Shown one piece after another: positions 9,902-20,235 of a stretch of DNA of 64,000 nucleotides. Location of the stretch: assembly GCA_965240325.2 (NCBI GenBank), contig OZ251231.1, positions 682,001-746,000 of the forward strand, read 5' to 3'. The notes under the pieces were generated by a model. That model saw only the letters and a program-made list of their open reading frames with translations, ran no database searches and was not told where the DNA came from. Each line of letters begins with the position of its first letter. The stretch's first letter is position 1. Source of the DNA: Rebecca billardiae RCC1528 (Eukaryota; Protista; Haptophyta). A program made the translations under genes and the position numbers.

Positions 9902-11929
9902 ATGGCCCCCGCCGTCGCCGCCGCCTTCGCCGCCCTCGCGCTGCTCATGGCGCGCGGCGCGGGCTGCGCGGTGCACGGCCGGATCGAGTGGCTCGACGTC
10001 GAGCGCGTGGTGCCGCCCAACTCCTCGTGGTGGATCACCAACCCGTGCGTGGCGCCGTGCGCGAGCGCAGAGACGGGCGGCCAGCTGCCGGGCGTGGCGT
10101 GGCTGATGCTCAGCCTGGGCGACGGGCGGGCGTGCATGCGCGGCGGGAGGGGCGTGGTGGGCGCCACTGACTGCCGCCTTGCCCACCTCGACGGCGAGCG
10201 CTCCCTCGCCATCGAGTTCGTCCTCGACGCGCGCGAGCCGACGTGCGCGGAGGGCGGCGTGTGCCGCGCGCGGGTGGTGCGCACGATCGGCGAGGGGAGC
10301 GACCCCAAGGTGTTCTGCGTGGCGGGGCAGCCGGTGGTGACAGTGACGACGAAGGCGGGCCTCCTGCTCGACGACTCCGCCGCGCAGCCCCTCACGGTCG
10401 CGCGCAAGGGCCTGCGCCTCTCGCTGTGGGGCGCGCGCGGCGCCGCGCTCTCGGCGCGTCTGCGCGGGCTCGCTGGACTGCAGCTGCTGGCCACAGGGCT
10501 GCCGCAGCTGTCCGATGGGGCGGCGGGCAGCGCGCAGCGCGCATTCGGGCCGCGCGCGGCCGTGAGGCTCATGCGGCGCATGTGCGATCCGCGCCGGCTG
10601 GGGCAGCGCCAGTTCAGCGCGTGCGCGCGCTTCCTGCAGATGGTGGCGCGCCTCCGGCTGGCCGAGCTGTGCGCGGCCGGCGACAACAACAAGCGCGCGC
10701 GGCGGCCACTGCTGCGCGAGCGATGCCACGGCCTCTGCGCCGGCGAGCTACGCGCGGTGCGCGGCTGCGGCGTTGGGTACGCGCGCGTGGACGAGGCATG
10801 CGACCTGCTCCCGCCGCCACCGGACGACGACGCCGACGAGCGCCCTGCTGGTGCGGACGCCGACGCGTCACGCGCTCGGCTGCGCGCCCTCACGCGCTTC
10901 GGGCCAGTGCCGACTAGCGAGTCGTCGGACAAGAACTGGAGCCCGTTCACGAGCGCGCGCGGCGGTGGGCTGGGCATGGTGCACGCGTTCGGGCACGATG
11001 CGCTGCGCACGTGCGAGCTTCGAGCCCCCACCCAGCGCCTCGTCGGCGCCACTCTGACGACGCATGGACGGCAGCAGCCGTGGCATGCGTGCATCGCATG
11101 TGCGCACGAGCCCGCTCGGATGGCCTCCGACTCGAGCGCGCCCTTCCACGCGTGGCTGCTCAACGCGTCGAAAGCGCGCACGGCGGCGTTCTACGGCGAC
11201 CGCGCGCGCTTCCCGACGTGGCGGCTCGCGACCGTCAGGAAGCTCAGAGCGGCGGTGCACCTCAACGGCGTGCGGCTGCTGCGGCTGCGCCCCAGCACCG
11301 CACCCACCGCCATCACAGCGCCGCCGCCGCACGCGCGCGAGGAGGCGGAGGCCGCGGGCGAGGTGCTGCTCGGCGTGCTGCACACGCGGCTGCGTGGCAC
11401 GCTCGAGGGCGCGCACCCCGATTGCAAGCACCAGCCTCGCGCGGGCTTCGTCGACTACGCCCACCACCTGTGGCTGGCGAGCGCGCACGAGCCGCTGCGC
11501 GTGCTCGGCGTGAGCGCGGCGCTGCCGCTGCGCACACAGCCTGCGCACTCGCCATGGTTTGGCAACTGCCGCAAGCTGCTGAGCGCGCGCGGCGCCCGCG
11601 CATGCCATGTGGGGCTGGCCGCGCTGGACCGGGCGAACGGCGGCGTGACCGAGTGCGGCATGCGCGTCGCGTTCGTCGGCAGCATGATGCTCGTGGGAGG
11701 CGCACACGGCACTGATGAGCACGGCGCACACGGCGGCGCGTGGGAGCTGCTCGTAAGCTACGGCGCGGGCGACGCCGAGGCGCGCACGCTGCGACTGAGC
11801 GCGGCCGAGGTGGCCGTGCTCTTCGCCAACGGCGCGCCCGGCGCCGCCCTCGGCGCGGCAGTGGGCTCCGCGCGCGCGCTCGACGCCGACGGCTACTGGT
11901 ACTACCCGCTCCGCGGCAGCGACTACTAG
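9902..11929 (+). CDS. Secreted five-bladed beta-propeller glycan-active protein (GT91 beta-mannosyltransferase/GH130-like)
   Basis: Signal peptide; motifs ITNP, SDPKVF, DKNWSPF, VAFVGSM and LLVSYGAGD resemble this propeller family. Confidence 0.5.
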   Translation: MAPAVAAAFAALALLMARGAGCAVHGRIEWLDVERVVPPNSSWWITNPCVAPCASAETGGQLPGVAWLMLSLGDGRACMRGGRGVVGATDCRLAHLDGERSLAIEFVLDAREPTCAEGGVCRARVVRTIGEGSDPKVFCVAGQPVVTVTTKAGLLLDDSAAQPLTVARKGLRLSLWGARGAALSARLRGLAGLQLLATGLPQLSDGAAGSAQRAFGPRAAVRLMRRMCDPRRLGQRQFSACARFLQMVARLRLAELCAAGDNNKRARRPLLRERCHGLCAGELRAVRGCGVGYARVDEACDLLPPPPDDDADERPAGADADASRARLRALTRFGPVPTSESSDKNWSPFTSARGGGLGMVHAFGHDALRTCELRAPTQRLVGATLTTHGRQQPWHACIACAHEPARMASDSSAPFHAWLLNASKARTAAFYGDRARFPTWRLATVRKLRAAVHLNGVRLLRLRPSTAPTAITAPPPHAREEAEAAGEVLLGVLHTRLRGTLEGAHPDCKHQPRAGFVDYAHHLWLASAHEPLRVLGVSAALPLRTQPAHSPWFGNCRKLLSARGARACHVGLAALDRANGGVTECGMRVAFVGSMMLVGGAHGTDEHGAHGGAWELLVSYGAGDAEARTLRLSAAEVAVLFANGAPGAALGAAVGSARALDADGYWYYPLRGSDY

Positions 11930-13374
11930 CGTAGCAGTAGCGAGCAGTGCGCCGGTCTGAGCCGGCAAGCCGCGCTGCTGCTGCTGACGTGACGTCACGT
12001 CTGGGTGACCCGGGGGAGCATATCGTCGTCAGTCGGGTTAGGTACTATCGAATCGTTACCAACTGCTGTATACCGTGACGGTATGTTTGACTCGCGTGAA
12101 GCCGGCATAGGTGGGTGCGGCCGCCCGGCGAAGCCGCACGAAGCCGGTGAAGCGGGCGCGCGGTGGCCACGGTCGCGGCGATCCGCGCAGTCTAGCGGGT
12201 GGCGAGGCGACAGTGGGCGCGTCCCAGTCGGTCGCCGACGTGCCGCGCCCTGCCGACCAGCCGCCTTGACGCAATGGCCCGCCGACCCCCGGCGTCCGCC
12301 TGGGCTACGTGCACGCGGCGATTTGAATGAGGCGCGCGCTGCCGGCTGGCAAGGAATTCGACGAGGGCGAGGACGAGGGTGATGAGGAATGGATGGCCGT
12401 AGACACTGTGAGCGCTGGCCTCTCTGCTGACTCCAGAGCGCCGCACGCGCACACGTGCAAGCACCCGTCTGGCGCGCCTCCGCATGGCAGAAGGCGGATC
12501 GTCTGTGGTGAAGTGATCCGGAGATACCTGGCGTTGAGTCGCCCCCTTCGGCGGAGGCAAGTTGGCGAGGAGTGTGTGCCGACCCGTGCTTCGCCGCGGA
12601 CCCGTCCGCGTGTGGCCCCGCGACGTGCGGTCTCGCTGCGCCCCCGCCCAGCACTGCTTGGTGCCTGGCTGCGGCGCAGGCGCAGGGCTACCTGGCCGCA
12701 CGCTCGTCAGCAACAGGCTGACGCGGCGACCTGCGGCTCCAAATGGCAGCAGCGGCGGGGTGGTGGTGGAAGAGCGCCATGCCTTACATAGCCACGGTGT
12801 GCGGTCGGCAGGTGCCATCGCCAGTGACCGCCGAGCGGCGACGGCTGAGCTGAGCTGCATGGCGACTGCGGAGCCCGCCGAGCGTCGAGCCGCGCGCCGC
12901 GCCCGGTCGCCCGAATCGGCGGAGGGCAATCGCCTGGACGGAGTCGGCAGCCTCAGGCCTGCTCGGTTGGTCCGCTCACCCCGCTGCCGCCAGCAAGGAG
13001 ACTATGCGCTTAGGCTGGCGCACATGAGACAGTATACGTATGATCGTCGCCGTGCGGTGAATCTCTGGCTGCCCGCGCGCGCGGCGGTGCGCATGCACGG
13101 TGGGCGGGCTGATCTGTGATCATCCGCCCGATGTTGCTCAATGGCGGCTGACCGTGGGGGTGACTGTGGAGCTGGGGGTGGGAGGTGGGGCATGACGCTC
13201 TCCTACTCTTGCCGCAAGGTCCCTCGCGGTCGTCCCGCGCAGCGATTCCCGCACTCGCCCCTCGCCATCATCACGCGCCCTCAGCGGCGCGCCGCTGCGC
13301 GGCGGCGCGCCCAACCCAGCCGGGCGGGGCACGCGCTCGCGTTTGCTCCCACCTCGCCCTCGAGACGAGCGCGG

Positions 13375-13470
13375 GCGGCGGGGCTCCTCCTCCTCCTCCT
13401 CCTCCTCCTCCTCTTGCGCGCGCCGGCGCCGGCGGGGCGGCTCCTCCTCCTCCTCCTCCTCCTCCTCATC
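13375..13470. repeat. Two (CTC)n tracts in a short duplicated unit
   Basis: gcgg..ggctcctcctc... repeated twice. Confidence 0.8.
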
Positions 13471-14033
13471 CTCGCCGGCGCCGCGGCCGCCGGCAGCGGC
13501 GGCGCCGCTGGCGCCGCCGCCGGAGAGGGGCCGCCGAGGGCCAAGAGGGGCGGGAGGGGCGGCAAGGAGCCGCGGCCTGGAATGACCTGCGCGAGCACGG
13601 GTGTCGCCGATGGCGACGGCTGTCGCCGGCTGTCGCCGATGGCGACGGCGCCGGTGCGAATGGCAGCACGGACGGTCGCGGGCGCGTCGTCCATGCTGGC
13701 TTCAGCGCGGCTTCAGCCCGCTTCAGCGGGCTTCAGCGGGCGTGAAGCCGCGCTGAAGCCGCACTGCGCGTCGCTTCAACATTGTGCTGTATTGTTGCCC
13801 CAAACCGTATCTGGCTTCACCCTCTACTAGTAGTATAGAACGTATACCGTACGGTGTGCTAACCGTGCAGGCACAAAACTGCCTCGTCGTCGGTATTACG
13901 GTAGTACAGTACAGTAGCACAGTACTAGATGTACTGTACCATGATGATACATATACAAATACGACAATACAGTATGACAGGATCTGCGCCGGGCCGCCGC
14001 CGACTGCACACGCGGTACAGTAGCCAAGTCAGC

Positions 14034-17000
14034 ATGGCCACGTCGTTCGGCTTGGGCGGTCCGCCTCGTTGGGGCGCCTGCGTGCTGAGCGCGCTCATTG
14101 GCGTGGTCGTCGGCGTGCAGCTCAGGCCTACGGTGGAATGCCAGTGCGGCGGCGCCACGCGCCGCCTCGACGAGGATGCAGGTGGCATGTCGGGCGGGGC
14201 CAAACTCAAAGGCGGCGCTGTGCAGACGGTGAACCGCCTCCTCGGCCTCACGCCGGGCGTTCTCAGCGAGATCTCGCGCGAGCTCGACGCGCTCGGGCTG
14301 CAGCCGCACGAGCGCGAGGCCCCGCCACTCACCATCCCAAGCGGCCGCGCGCTTCCAAAGATGGGCCACGTCGGCCCGGAGAACGGCACGGACCCGTACC
14401 CGTCGCGGCTGCTGCAGGAGGCGTTTGTGCGCTTCACCACGCTCCTCTTCGACCACGGGCTGCTGCCCATCGCGCCGCGCAACGGCACCAGCGGCATCGA
14501 CGGCTGGGGCGTCGGGCGCGGCAGCCCGTCTCTCCACAGCATTCTGAGCCGCGCGGGCATGGAGCTCTTCCTGACCGAGCGCGCGGGCGCGCTCGTCGAG
14601 CCGGGCAGCACGTGCCTGTTCTGGGACGACACGAGCTACTTGGAGCTCGTGCCCGGCTGCGACCCGCGGCGCGCGTGGGTGCTCACCTTCGCGCCCGTGC
14701 GCCCGGACGCGGCGGTCGCTCTCGAGGTCGTCCGCGGCGCGCACAACACGCTTCGAGGCGATCTGGCGGCGATCTCGAACGCGAGCATGGCCGGCGCCGC
14801 GCTCGGCCTGTTCGACGCCGTGCTGTGCGTGCAGGTGTTCGAGCACATCATGCACCCGTTCGCCGCCGCGCGCGCGCTCACGCACCTGCTCAAGCCGGGC
14901 GGCCGCGTCTTCTTCACCGCGCCGTTCGTCGAGCGCTTCCACGGCGTCCCTACCGACGGCTTCAGGTACACGGTCGACGGCGCGGCGGCCATGTTTGAGG
15001 ACGCGGGGCTGAGCGTGGAGGAGCGGTGGCGGATAGGCGACACGCTGCTCGCCAACGCGTTCACGCTGGGCTTCGGCGTGGGCGACTTCGAGTCCAAGCG
15101 CCTCCACGAGCGGCTGCTCATCCCCGACAACCTGGGCCCCGCCGAGCGGCTGAGCCAGCGCGGCCAGATGAACAGCCTGGCCGAGCGCAACTGGGATGGC
15201 ACCCCCGCAGTGCCGCTCGACCAGGACCCGAGGCACTGGCTGTACATCTCGAGCGCGCTGGTCGTGCGTGCGCCGTACCGAGACATGCAGTCGGAGCTCG
15301 CGGCGCTGCGCATTCCGACCAGCCCGCACCGCGTACAGCGCGCTCGGCGCGCCAACTCGAGCGGCTCGCCTGGCGCTGGGCTCGCTGTCGTCGCGATGAT
15401 GCCGCGCGACAGCGCGCAGCGTGCTGCGTTCGCTCATCGCGCGCTGGCAGCGTCGGAGCAGATCTCCGAGGTGCTCTTCGCCGACGCGTGCTTCCTACTC
15501 CGCGACCCTGCCGAGCACGAGCTCGTCCTCGCCGAGCGCACCTTCTCGCACCTGCGCTGCCCGCAATGGATCCGCATGGCGTACAAGCGCGTCGGCAACT
15601 GGGTCGCACAGCTTCGCGCGCTCGAGATTGCCGCGCGGCGCTCAGGGCCCACGATCCTGGTAGAAGAGGATGTGCACTTCTCTGCGGCGCACTTCGCCCT
15701 GTACATCCCCCGTGTGGTGCGCATGGCAAGTGATGCAGACCTCGTCTACCTCGGCAGCTGCTACGAGCTCACCAAGCTGGTGAAGCAGTGCGTGCAGGCA
15801 GCCCCTGGTCTGTTTGCCTTCCGACCGGTGCATGCAACGTGCGGCCATGGCTGGCTGGTGAGCCCAGCCGGCGCGCTCGCCGCCATCCGTGCGTTTCGCG
15901 GCTACCTTGACACGTTCCACGCCGTCACCAAGCTCGTGCAGCCGCCGCGCGACTGCTTGCGCGCGTACGCTTCCGAAGACGGGCTCGTGGCCAAGTCTGG
16001 CGACAAGGAGTTCCAGTTCATATGGGAGTGGTACGTGCAGGTCGGTGCGGACTGGATGATGACGAGCGCGCACCGGCGCGGGCAGATCAGCGCCCTGCAC
16101 GTCTGGCCGCAGCTCGTGGTCCAGGCAAGCGGCACAAGGCGCGTCAACAGGTGGTTCCACTATCAGAGCGACAGCGGAGGAGTCATCCACTTGCCGGCTG
16201 GCTGCAAGTTCGACGACACAGCAGCCAACTGGCGTGCGATGCTCACTTATGGCAAGACTGTCTGCCCGAAGCAGTTCAATGTAGAGGCCAACTTCGACCT
16301 TCATACGACCACGAAACCACCAGCCCTGGGCCAGCTCGTGCCGTGCACTGCCAACTGCTTCCGCCGCGGCCGGCTGGCGCTGAGCCCCTGGCAGCAGCGT
16401 TGCCAGCCTGCCTCTGACGCAGCTGCACTGGCTGGCGGGCTCGTCGACTGGGTCGCAGGGGTCGGCACCAAGCCACCTACGCGTCTGCACGAGCCGATGC
16501 AGGCCATCGCCATCGTGTCCCATGAAGATGCTGCCTCTCCTGCATGCACCTCCTTTGAGCGCTTTCTCGAGCTCGAGGTCCCAACGTACCTGGTCTTCAG
16601 CAGTGCAGTGCTTGCCAAACCAGGCTGTGCAGACTTCCTGCAGCTCTTGCGCCAGCAGGCCCCGCCATCCGTGCAGCTGCTTGTGACAGACGGCACTCCG
16701 ACCGGCGCTGTGCATGCACGGGGGCTCGTACTTGCACTGCTCGATGCGCAGGGCGTGAGCGCTCCAGAGTTCCTCGTTTACTCTGACTGCGAGGTCGACG
16801 TGCTCCCGCCGCAGGAGCAGCGCGCACAGTGCAGTTATGCAGGCGCTGTGCGTGAGCTGGTCACTGAGCTCGTGACGAGGCGTGCCATCGTGGCTGCTGG
16901 CGGACCCCAACACTACGTTCGAGACAGCCAAGACCAGTGCCCTGGCACACACAGGCAGAGGGACGCACGGGCGAGGCTCAAGCCCATCGCCATCATGCCA

Positions 17001-17489
17001 ATCGTCGTCACGACGCGGAATCACAAACGACGGGAGTACACGATAGAGAATGCGGACTTGCCTGCAGCATCGTCGAAAAAGATCCTCCTCCCTATGCGCC
17101 GCCACCGCAGGCCTGCCTTGGACTTTGGGCGCATAAGAGAGACTGGCTTGTGGTGGACAGCCCCCATCATTGCGTACGACCTCCGCAAGTACCACGAGCT
17201 GCACATGCGCTTACTGCCCAGTCGTCATCCCCCTGTGGATGAGCATGGGACGCGGACAGCTGGTGGTAGCATCATCACCATCGAGCAGACACCATCGCCA
17301 GCACGCTGTCAAGGCATGAACTGCAATCAGCAGCTGAATACGTCGCGCTTTCACACTACGTCTTCGGCAGAGTCGTCCGGCCAGGTTGCCAATGCAGCGC
17401 AGCGCATGCTCTGCAAGACTGGCTGGACATCCTTGTTGACAGAAGAGCTGTTCTTCTTGTTGCACAGGCGCCGTGATGCCACTGCTTAA
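14034..17489 (+). CDS. SAM-dependent methyltransferase fused to a GT25-like glycosyltransferase domain, with N-terminal membrane anchor
   Basis: TM segment ACVLSALIGVVVGV; FDAVLCVQVFEH..LLKPGGRVFFTAPF..HGVPTDGFRYT (Methyltransf_11-like); TILVEEDVHF, DLVYLGSC and CGHGWLVSPAGA (GT25-like). Likely start is ATG 14034 within ORF 13929-17489. Confidence 0.75.
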   Translation: MATSFGLGGPPRWGACVLSALIGVVVGVQLRPTVECQCGGATRRLDEDAGGMSGGAKLKGGAVQTVNRLLGLTPGVLSEISRELDALGLQPHEREAPPLTIPSGRALPKMGHVGPENGTDPYPSRLLQEAFVRFTTLLFDHGLLPIAPRNGTSGIDGWGVGRGSPSLHSILSRAGMELFLTERAGALVEPGSTCLFWDDTSYLELVPGCDPRRAWVLTFAPVRPDAAVALEVVRGAHNTLRGDLAAISNASMAGAALGLFDAVLCVQVFEHIMHPFAAARALTHLLKPGGRVFFTAPFVERFHGVPTDGFRYTVDGAAAMFEDAGLSVEERWRIGDTLLANAFTLGFGVGDFESKRLHERLLIPDNLGPAERLSQRGQMNSLAERNWDGTPAVPLDQDPRHWLYISSALVVRAPYRDMQSELAALRIPTSPHRVQRARRANSSGSPGAGLAVVAMMPRDSAQRAAFAHRALAASEQISEVLFADACFLLRDPAEHELVLAERTFSHLRCPQWIRMAYKRVGNWVAQLRALEIAARRSGPTILVEEDVHFSAAHFALYIPRVVRMASDADLVYLGSCYELTKLVKQCVQAAPGLFAFRPVHATCGHGWLVSPAGALAAIRAFRGYLDTFHAVTKLVQPPRDCLRAYASEDGLVAKSGDKEFQFIWEWYVQVGADWMMTSAHRRGQISALHVWPQLVVQASGTRRVNRWFHYQSDSGGVIHLPAGCKFDDTAANWRAMLTYGKTVCPKQFNVEANFDLHTTTKPPALGQLVPCTANCFRRGRLALSPWQQRCQPASDAAALAGGLVDWVAGVGTKPPTRLHEPMQAIAIVSHEDAASPACTSFERFLELEVPTYLVFSSAVLAKPGCADFLQLLRQQAPPSVQLLVTDGTPTGAVHARGLVLALLDAQGVSAPEFLVYSDCEVDVLPPQEQRAQCSYAGAVRELVTELVTRRAIVAAGGPQHYVRDSQDQCPGTHRQRDARARLKPIAIMPIVVTTRNHKRREYTIENADLPAASSKKILLPMRRHRRPALDFGRIRETGLWWTAPIIAYDLRKYHELHMRLLPSRHPPVDEHGTRTAGGSIITIEQTPSPARCQGMNCNQQLNTSRFHTTSSAESSGQVANAAQRMLCKTGWTSLLTEELFFLLHRRRDATA

Positions 17490-17544
17490 AGCACACGGAC
17501 TATGAGCGCCGATCAGCGCACCAGCTATTTATTATTATTATGAT

Positions 17545-17915
17545 GGCCCGCGGTGCAGGGCGGAGCGCGCAGCGTGGAGCCCGCTCCGTGGGCCCTAACC
17601 ACGTTTCAAAAAGATCTTTGATCAAGATAGAAAAAAGGAACGGGGGACGATTTTCAGGGCTGCATGGAGGAGACCGAGTTTCGAATTTTGAGACCGCGCG
17701 CATAGAGAGGTATCCATTCGGCGTACGAAATGGACGCGCCCACAACAAGTTCATAAGCAAAGCGTGCCGGAGTGACGCCCGTCCAAAAAAATCACGCCCG
17801 CCTTTAGGATGCGTAACGTAACGAACGAAGCGTTACAAGCGTTTTTTTCGGCCAATGAGATTGCCGCAAGGTCAAGGAGCGACGACGTATCTGATTCTGG
17901 ATAGGGAGCCGGCAC
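17545..17915 (+). mobile_element. ~350-bp MITE (family D), copy with decayed right end
   Basis: Begins AT|GGCCCGCGGTGC; inverted homolog of 21460-21807 over its whole length. Confidence 0.7.
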
Positions 17916-18499
17916 AGCATTTATTACTTGGGTGCTGGACTGAGGCCGTTTGCTTGAGTGGTGAGATTGATGCCCGGCCAAAATGCGCTGAAAGATGAGA
18001 CGTCGACGCCCCTGAAGCGTCACCAACTCGCGAAAGCCGGCGAAGCTCAAAGCGGGGGGCTGCCCACACGGGCGAGCCCTCGTCCTCGACCACCATCGGT
18101 GTGGACGACCGCGCGGAGCGCGCGCCGCGCGCGCGCCGCGCGCGCGGCCGCGGGCGCCTCCCGCGCGGGCGGCGCACGCACGCCCGCGCGCCCGCCCGCC
18201 CGCGCGTCCGCGTTTGCGGGCGCGCGCGGATCAGCCATCAGGCTTCCGTGTCGGGCGTTGCGTCCGACATGCGCCATGTCGTGCCATGTCGTGGCGTGCG
18301 CATGTGCGTACTCTCGGTGGGGTGGTGCGCGGGCGGCGGCGCTCTCCTGATTTCTACCCCGCGCCCGTGTCGCTGTGCGTGCGCCCTGCGTCGCGCAGGC
18401 ACGCGAGTGCGCGGGAGCCATCCGCGTGCTCGCGACGACGGCCGGCCGACGGCCGGCATCCGGCCGGATGGAGACAGAGCAGACAATTGACAGGCAGGT

Positions 18500-19416
18500 A
18501 CTCGCGTGGAGGCGCTGGGCGCCGAGCCGGCGAAGCGCCACGCCGAGCTCGACGCGTGCGCGCAGAGGCGCTGGGCGCCGACCTGGCGAAGCGAGACGCC
18601 GAGCTCGACGCGCTGCGCGCGCGGTACGCCGGACGCGCTGGGCGGTCGCGCTGCCCTAGTGTCGACGCCCTGCAGCAGCTCGAGCAGGTGTGGACGGCCC
18701 TCGAAGCGACCGTGGGCGAGCGCGCGCGACTCAGCCTGCCGCTGGCCGCCGCCGTCCTCGAGGCCGACGTGGCGGAGCAGGCGGCGGGCGAGCACGGCGG
18801 CGCGGTGCGGAGCAAGCGCACGCGCGCACCGCCGTCTTGGTTGGGTCTAGGGCGGCGGGCGCGACACGCCACTCACCTCGTTCCACCCCGAGCTCCGCTC
18901 GGTCTGCGCGTGGCTGCGCAGCGCGGGCGGGCAGCAGTCAGTGGCGCGCGCTCTCGCTCTGCCGGCACGAGGCGCGCCGGCTGAGCGACCAGCGGCCCTT
19001 CGTCGAGCGCATGGCGCAGCGCGAGCACCTCAAGCAGGTGCGCCCGCACACGCGCGCACGCGCCCCCGCGCCGCGCGGCGCCTCTCGCCCTGCGCGCGCG
19101 CCGCCCCGCTGGCCGCTTCCCCGCGCAGCCCGTCCGCGCCTCTCGCTCGCCCTGCGCGCGCGCCGCCCCGCTTCCCCGCGCGGCCCGTCCGCTGGTAGTG
19201 TCCCATGCCACCCTTGGCCGTGCGCGCCCGCATACTCCGCGCCGAGTCCGAGACGGGTCTGACTCTCACTCTTAGTAGTCAGAGTGGCTGAACTGTCTTT
19301 CTGACTGACTCAGACTGACTCGTCAGTCAGTCCGCATTCTCAACCACTGCGCCGCAGGCCCCCAACTGGCAACTGCGTTGGTTCTACGGAAAAGGACCGC
19401 GGAACGCGGTCATTAA

Positions 19417-19464
<48 letters not shown>

Positions 19465-20235
19465 CAGTATATATATATACATATATATATATATGACCGC
19501 GTTCCGCGGTCTTTTTCCGTAGAACGAACGTAGTTCGGGGCCCGCGGCGCACCCTCCGTCGGCTGCTGTGTCAGTCTGACATGTGTAACAGTTCGCCTGA
19601 GCTGCCACCGCCAACTCAGTCACTGCCGCCCACCGGGCCGGCGGGCCGAGGACTGTCGCCGCGGGTCCGCGGGCCGCCGCGGGGACTAGCGGCCGGCGCG
19701 CGCGCGCAGGCAGGACGAGAGGCGCTGGCGCGGCGCGAGCCGGCGCGTGCGCGCGAGCGGGCGCACCTGCTTGAGGTACTCGCCCTGCGCCATGCGCTCG
19801 ACGACGGGCCGCTGGTCGCTCGTGCCGGCAGAGCGAGAGCGCGCGCCACTGCTGGCCCCGGCCTGCCGGCTGCGCAGCCTCGCACCGAGACCGACCGAGC
19901 GGAGCTCGGGGCGGTGGAACGAGGCGAGCGGCGCGTCGCGCCTGCCGCCGCGCGTGCGCGCCTGCTCCACCGCGCCGCCGTGCTCGCCCGCCGCCTCCTC
20001 CGCCGCGTCGGCCTCGAAGACGGCGGCTGCCAGCGGCAGGCTGAGCCGCGCGCCGGCTCACTCACACTGTGAGTCACACCCGCGGTCGCCTCGACGGCCA
20101 ACTATCCACAGCTGCTCGAGCTGCTGGAGGGCGCCGCGACGATGGCGGCGCGGGCGCCCAGCGCGTCCGTTGCCGCGTCGCTCAGCTCGTCGAGCTCGGC
20201 GCCGCACTTCGCCAGCTTGGCGCCTAGCGCCTCCG
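18500..20235. repeat. Degenerate inverted duplication (arms ~18500-19050 and ~19735-20235) around a central hairpin
   Basis: gagcgaccagcggcccttcgtcgagcgcatggcgcag (near 18983) matches the reverse complement of the sequence near 19785-19820; similar matches occur along both arms. Confidence 0.75.
19348..19550. repeat. Short inverted repeat (33-bp core, 1 mismatch) enclosing (TAG)n and (TA)n microsatellites
   Basis: gttctacggaaaaggaccgcggaacgcggtcat at 19381-19413 and its reverse complement at 19493-19525; weaker outer arms at 19348 and 19532-19550. Confidence 0.9.

Noticed and set aside
9005-10729. 574-aa minus-strand ORF, and similar Arg/Ala-rich ORFs inside TIR arms (e.g. 49092-49772, 51114-51794)
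   Set aside because: These are stop-poor frames caused by high GC, antisense to real genes or inside repeats, with no DDE, HUH or other domain motifs.
11995-13700. Several short ORFs (e.g. 12327-12791 with an acidic stretch)
   Set aside because: No recognisable domain or consistent frame, so I cannot support a gene call.
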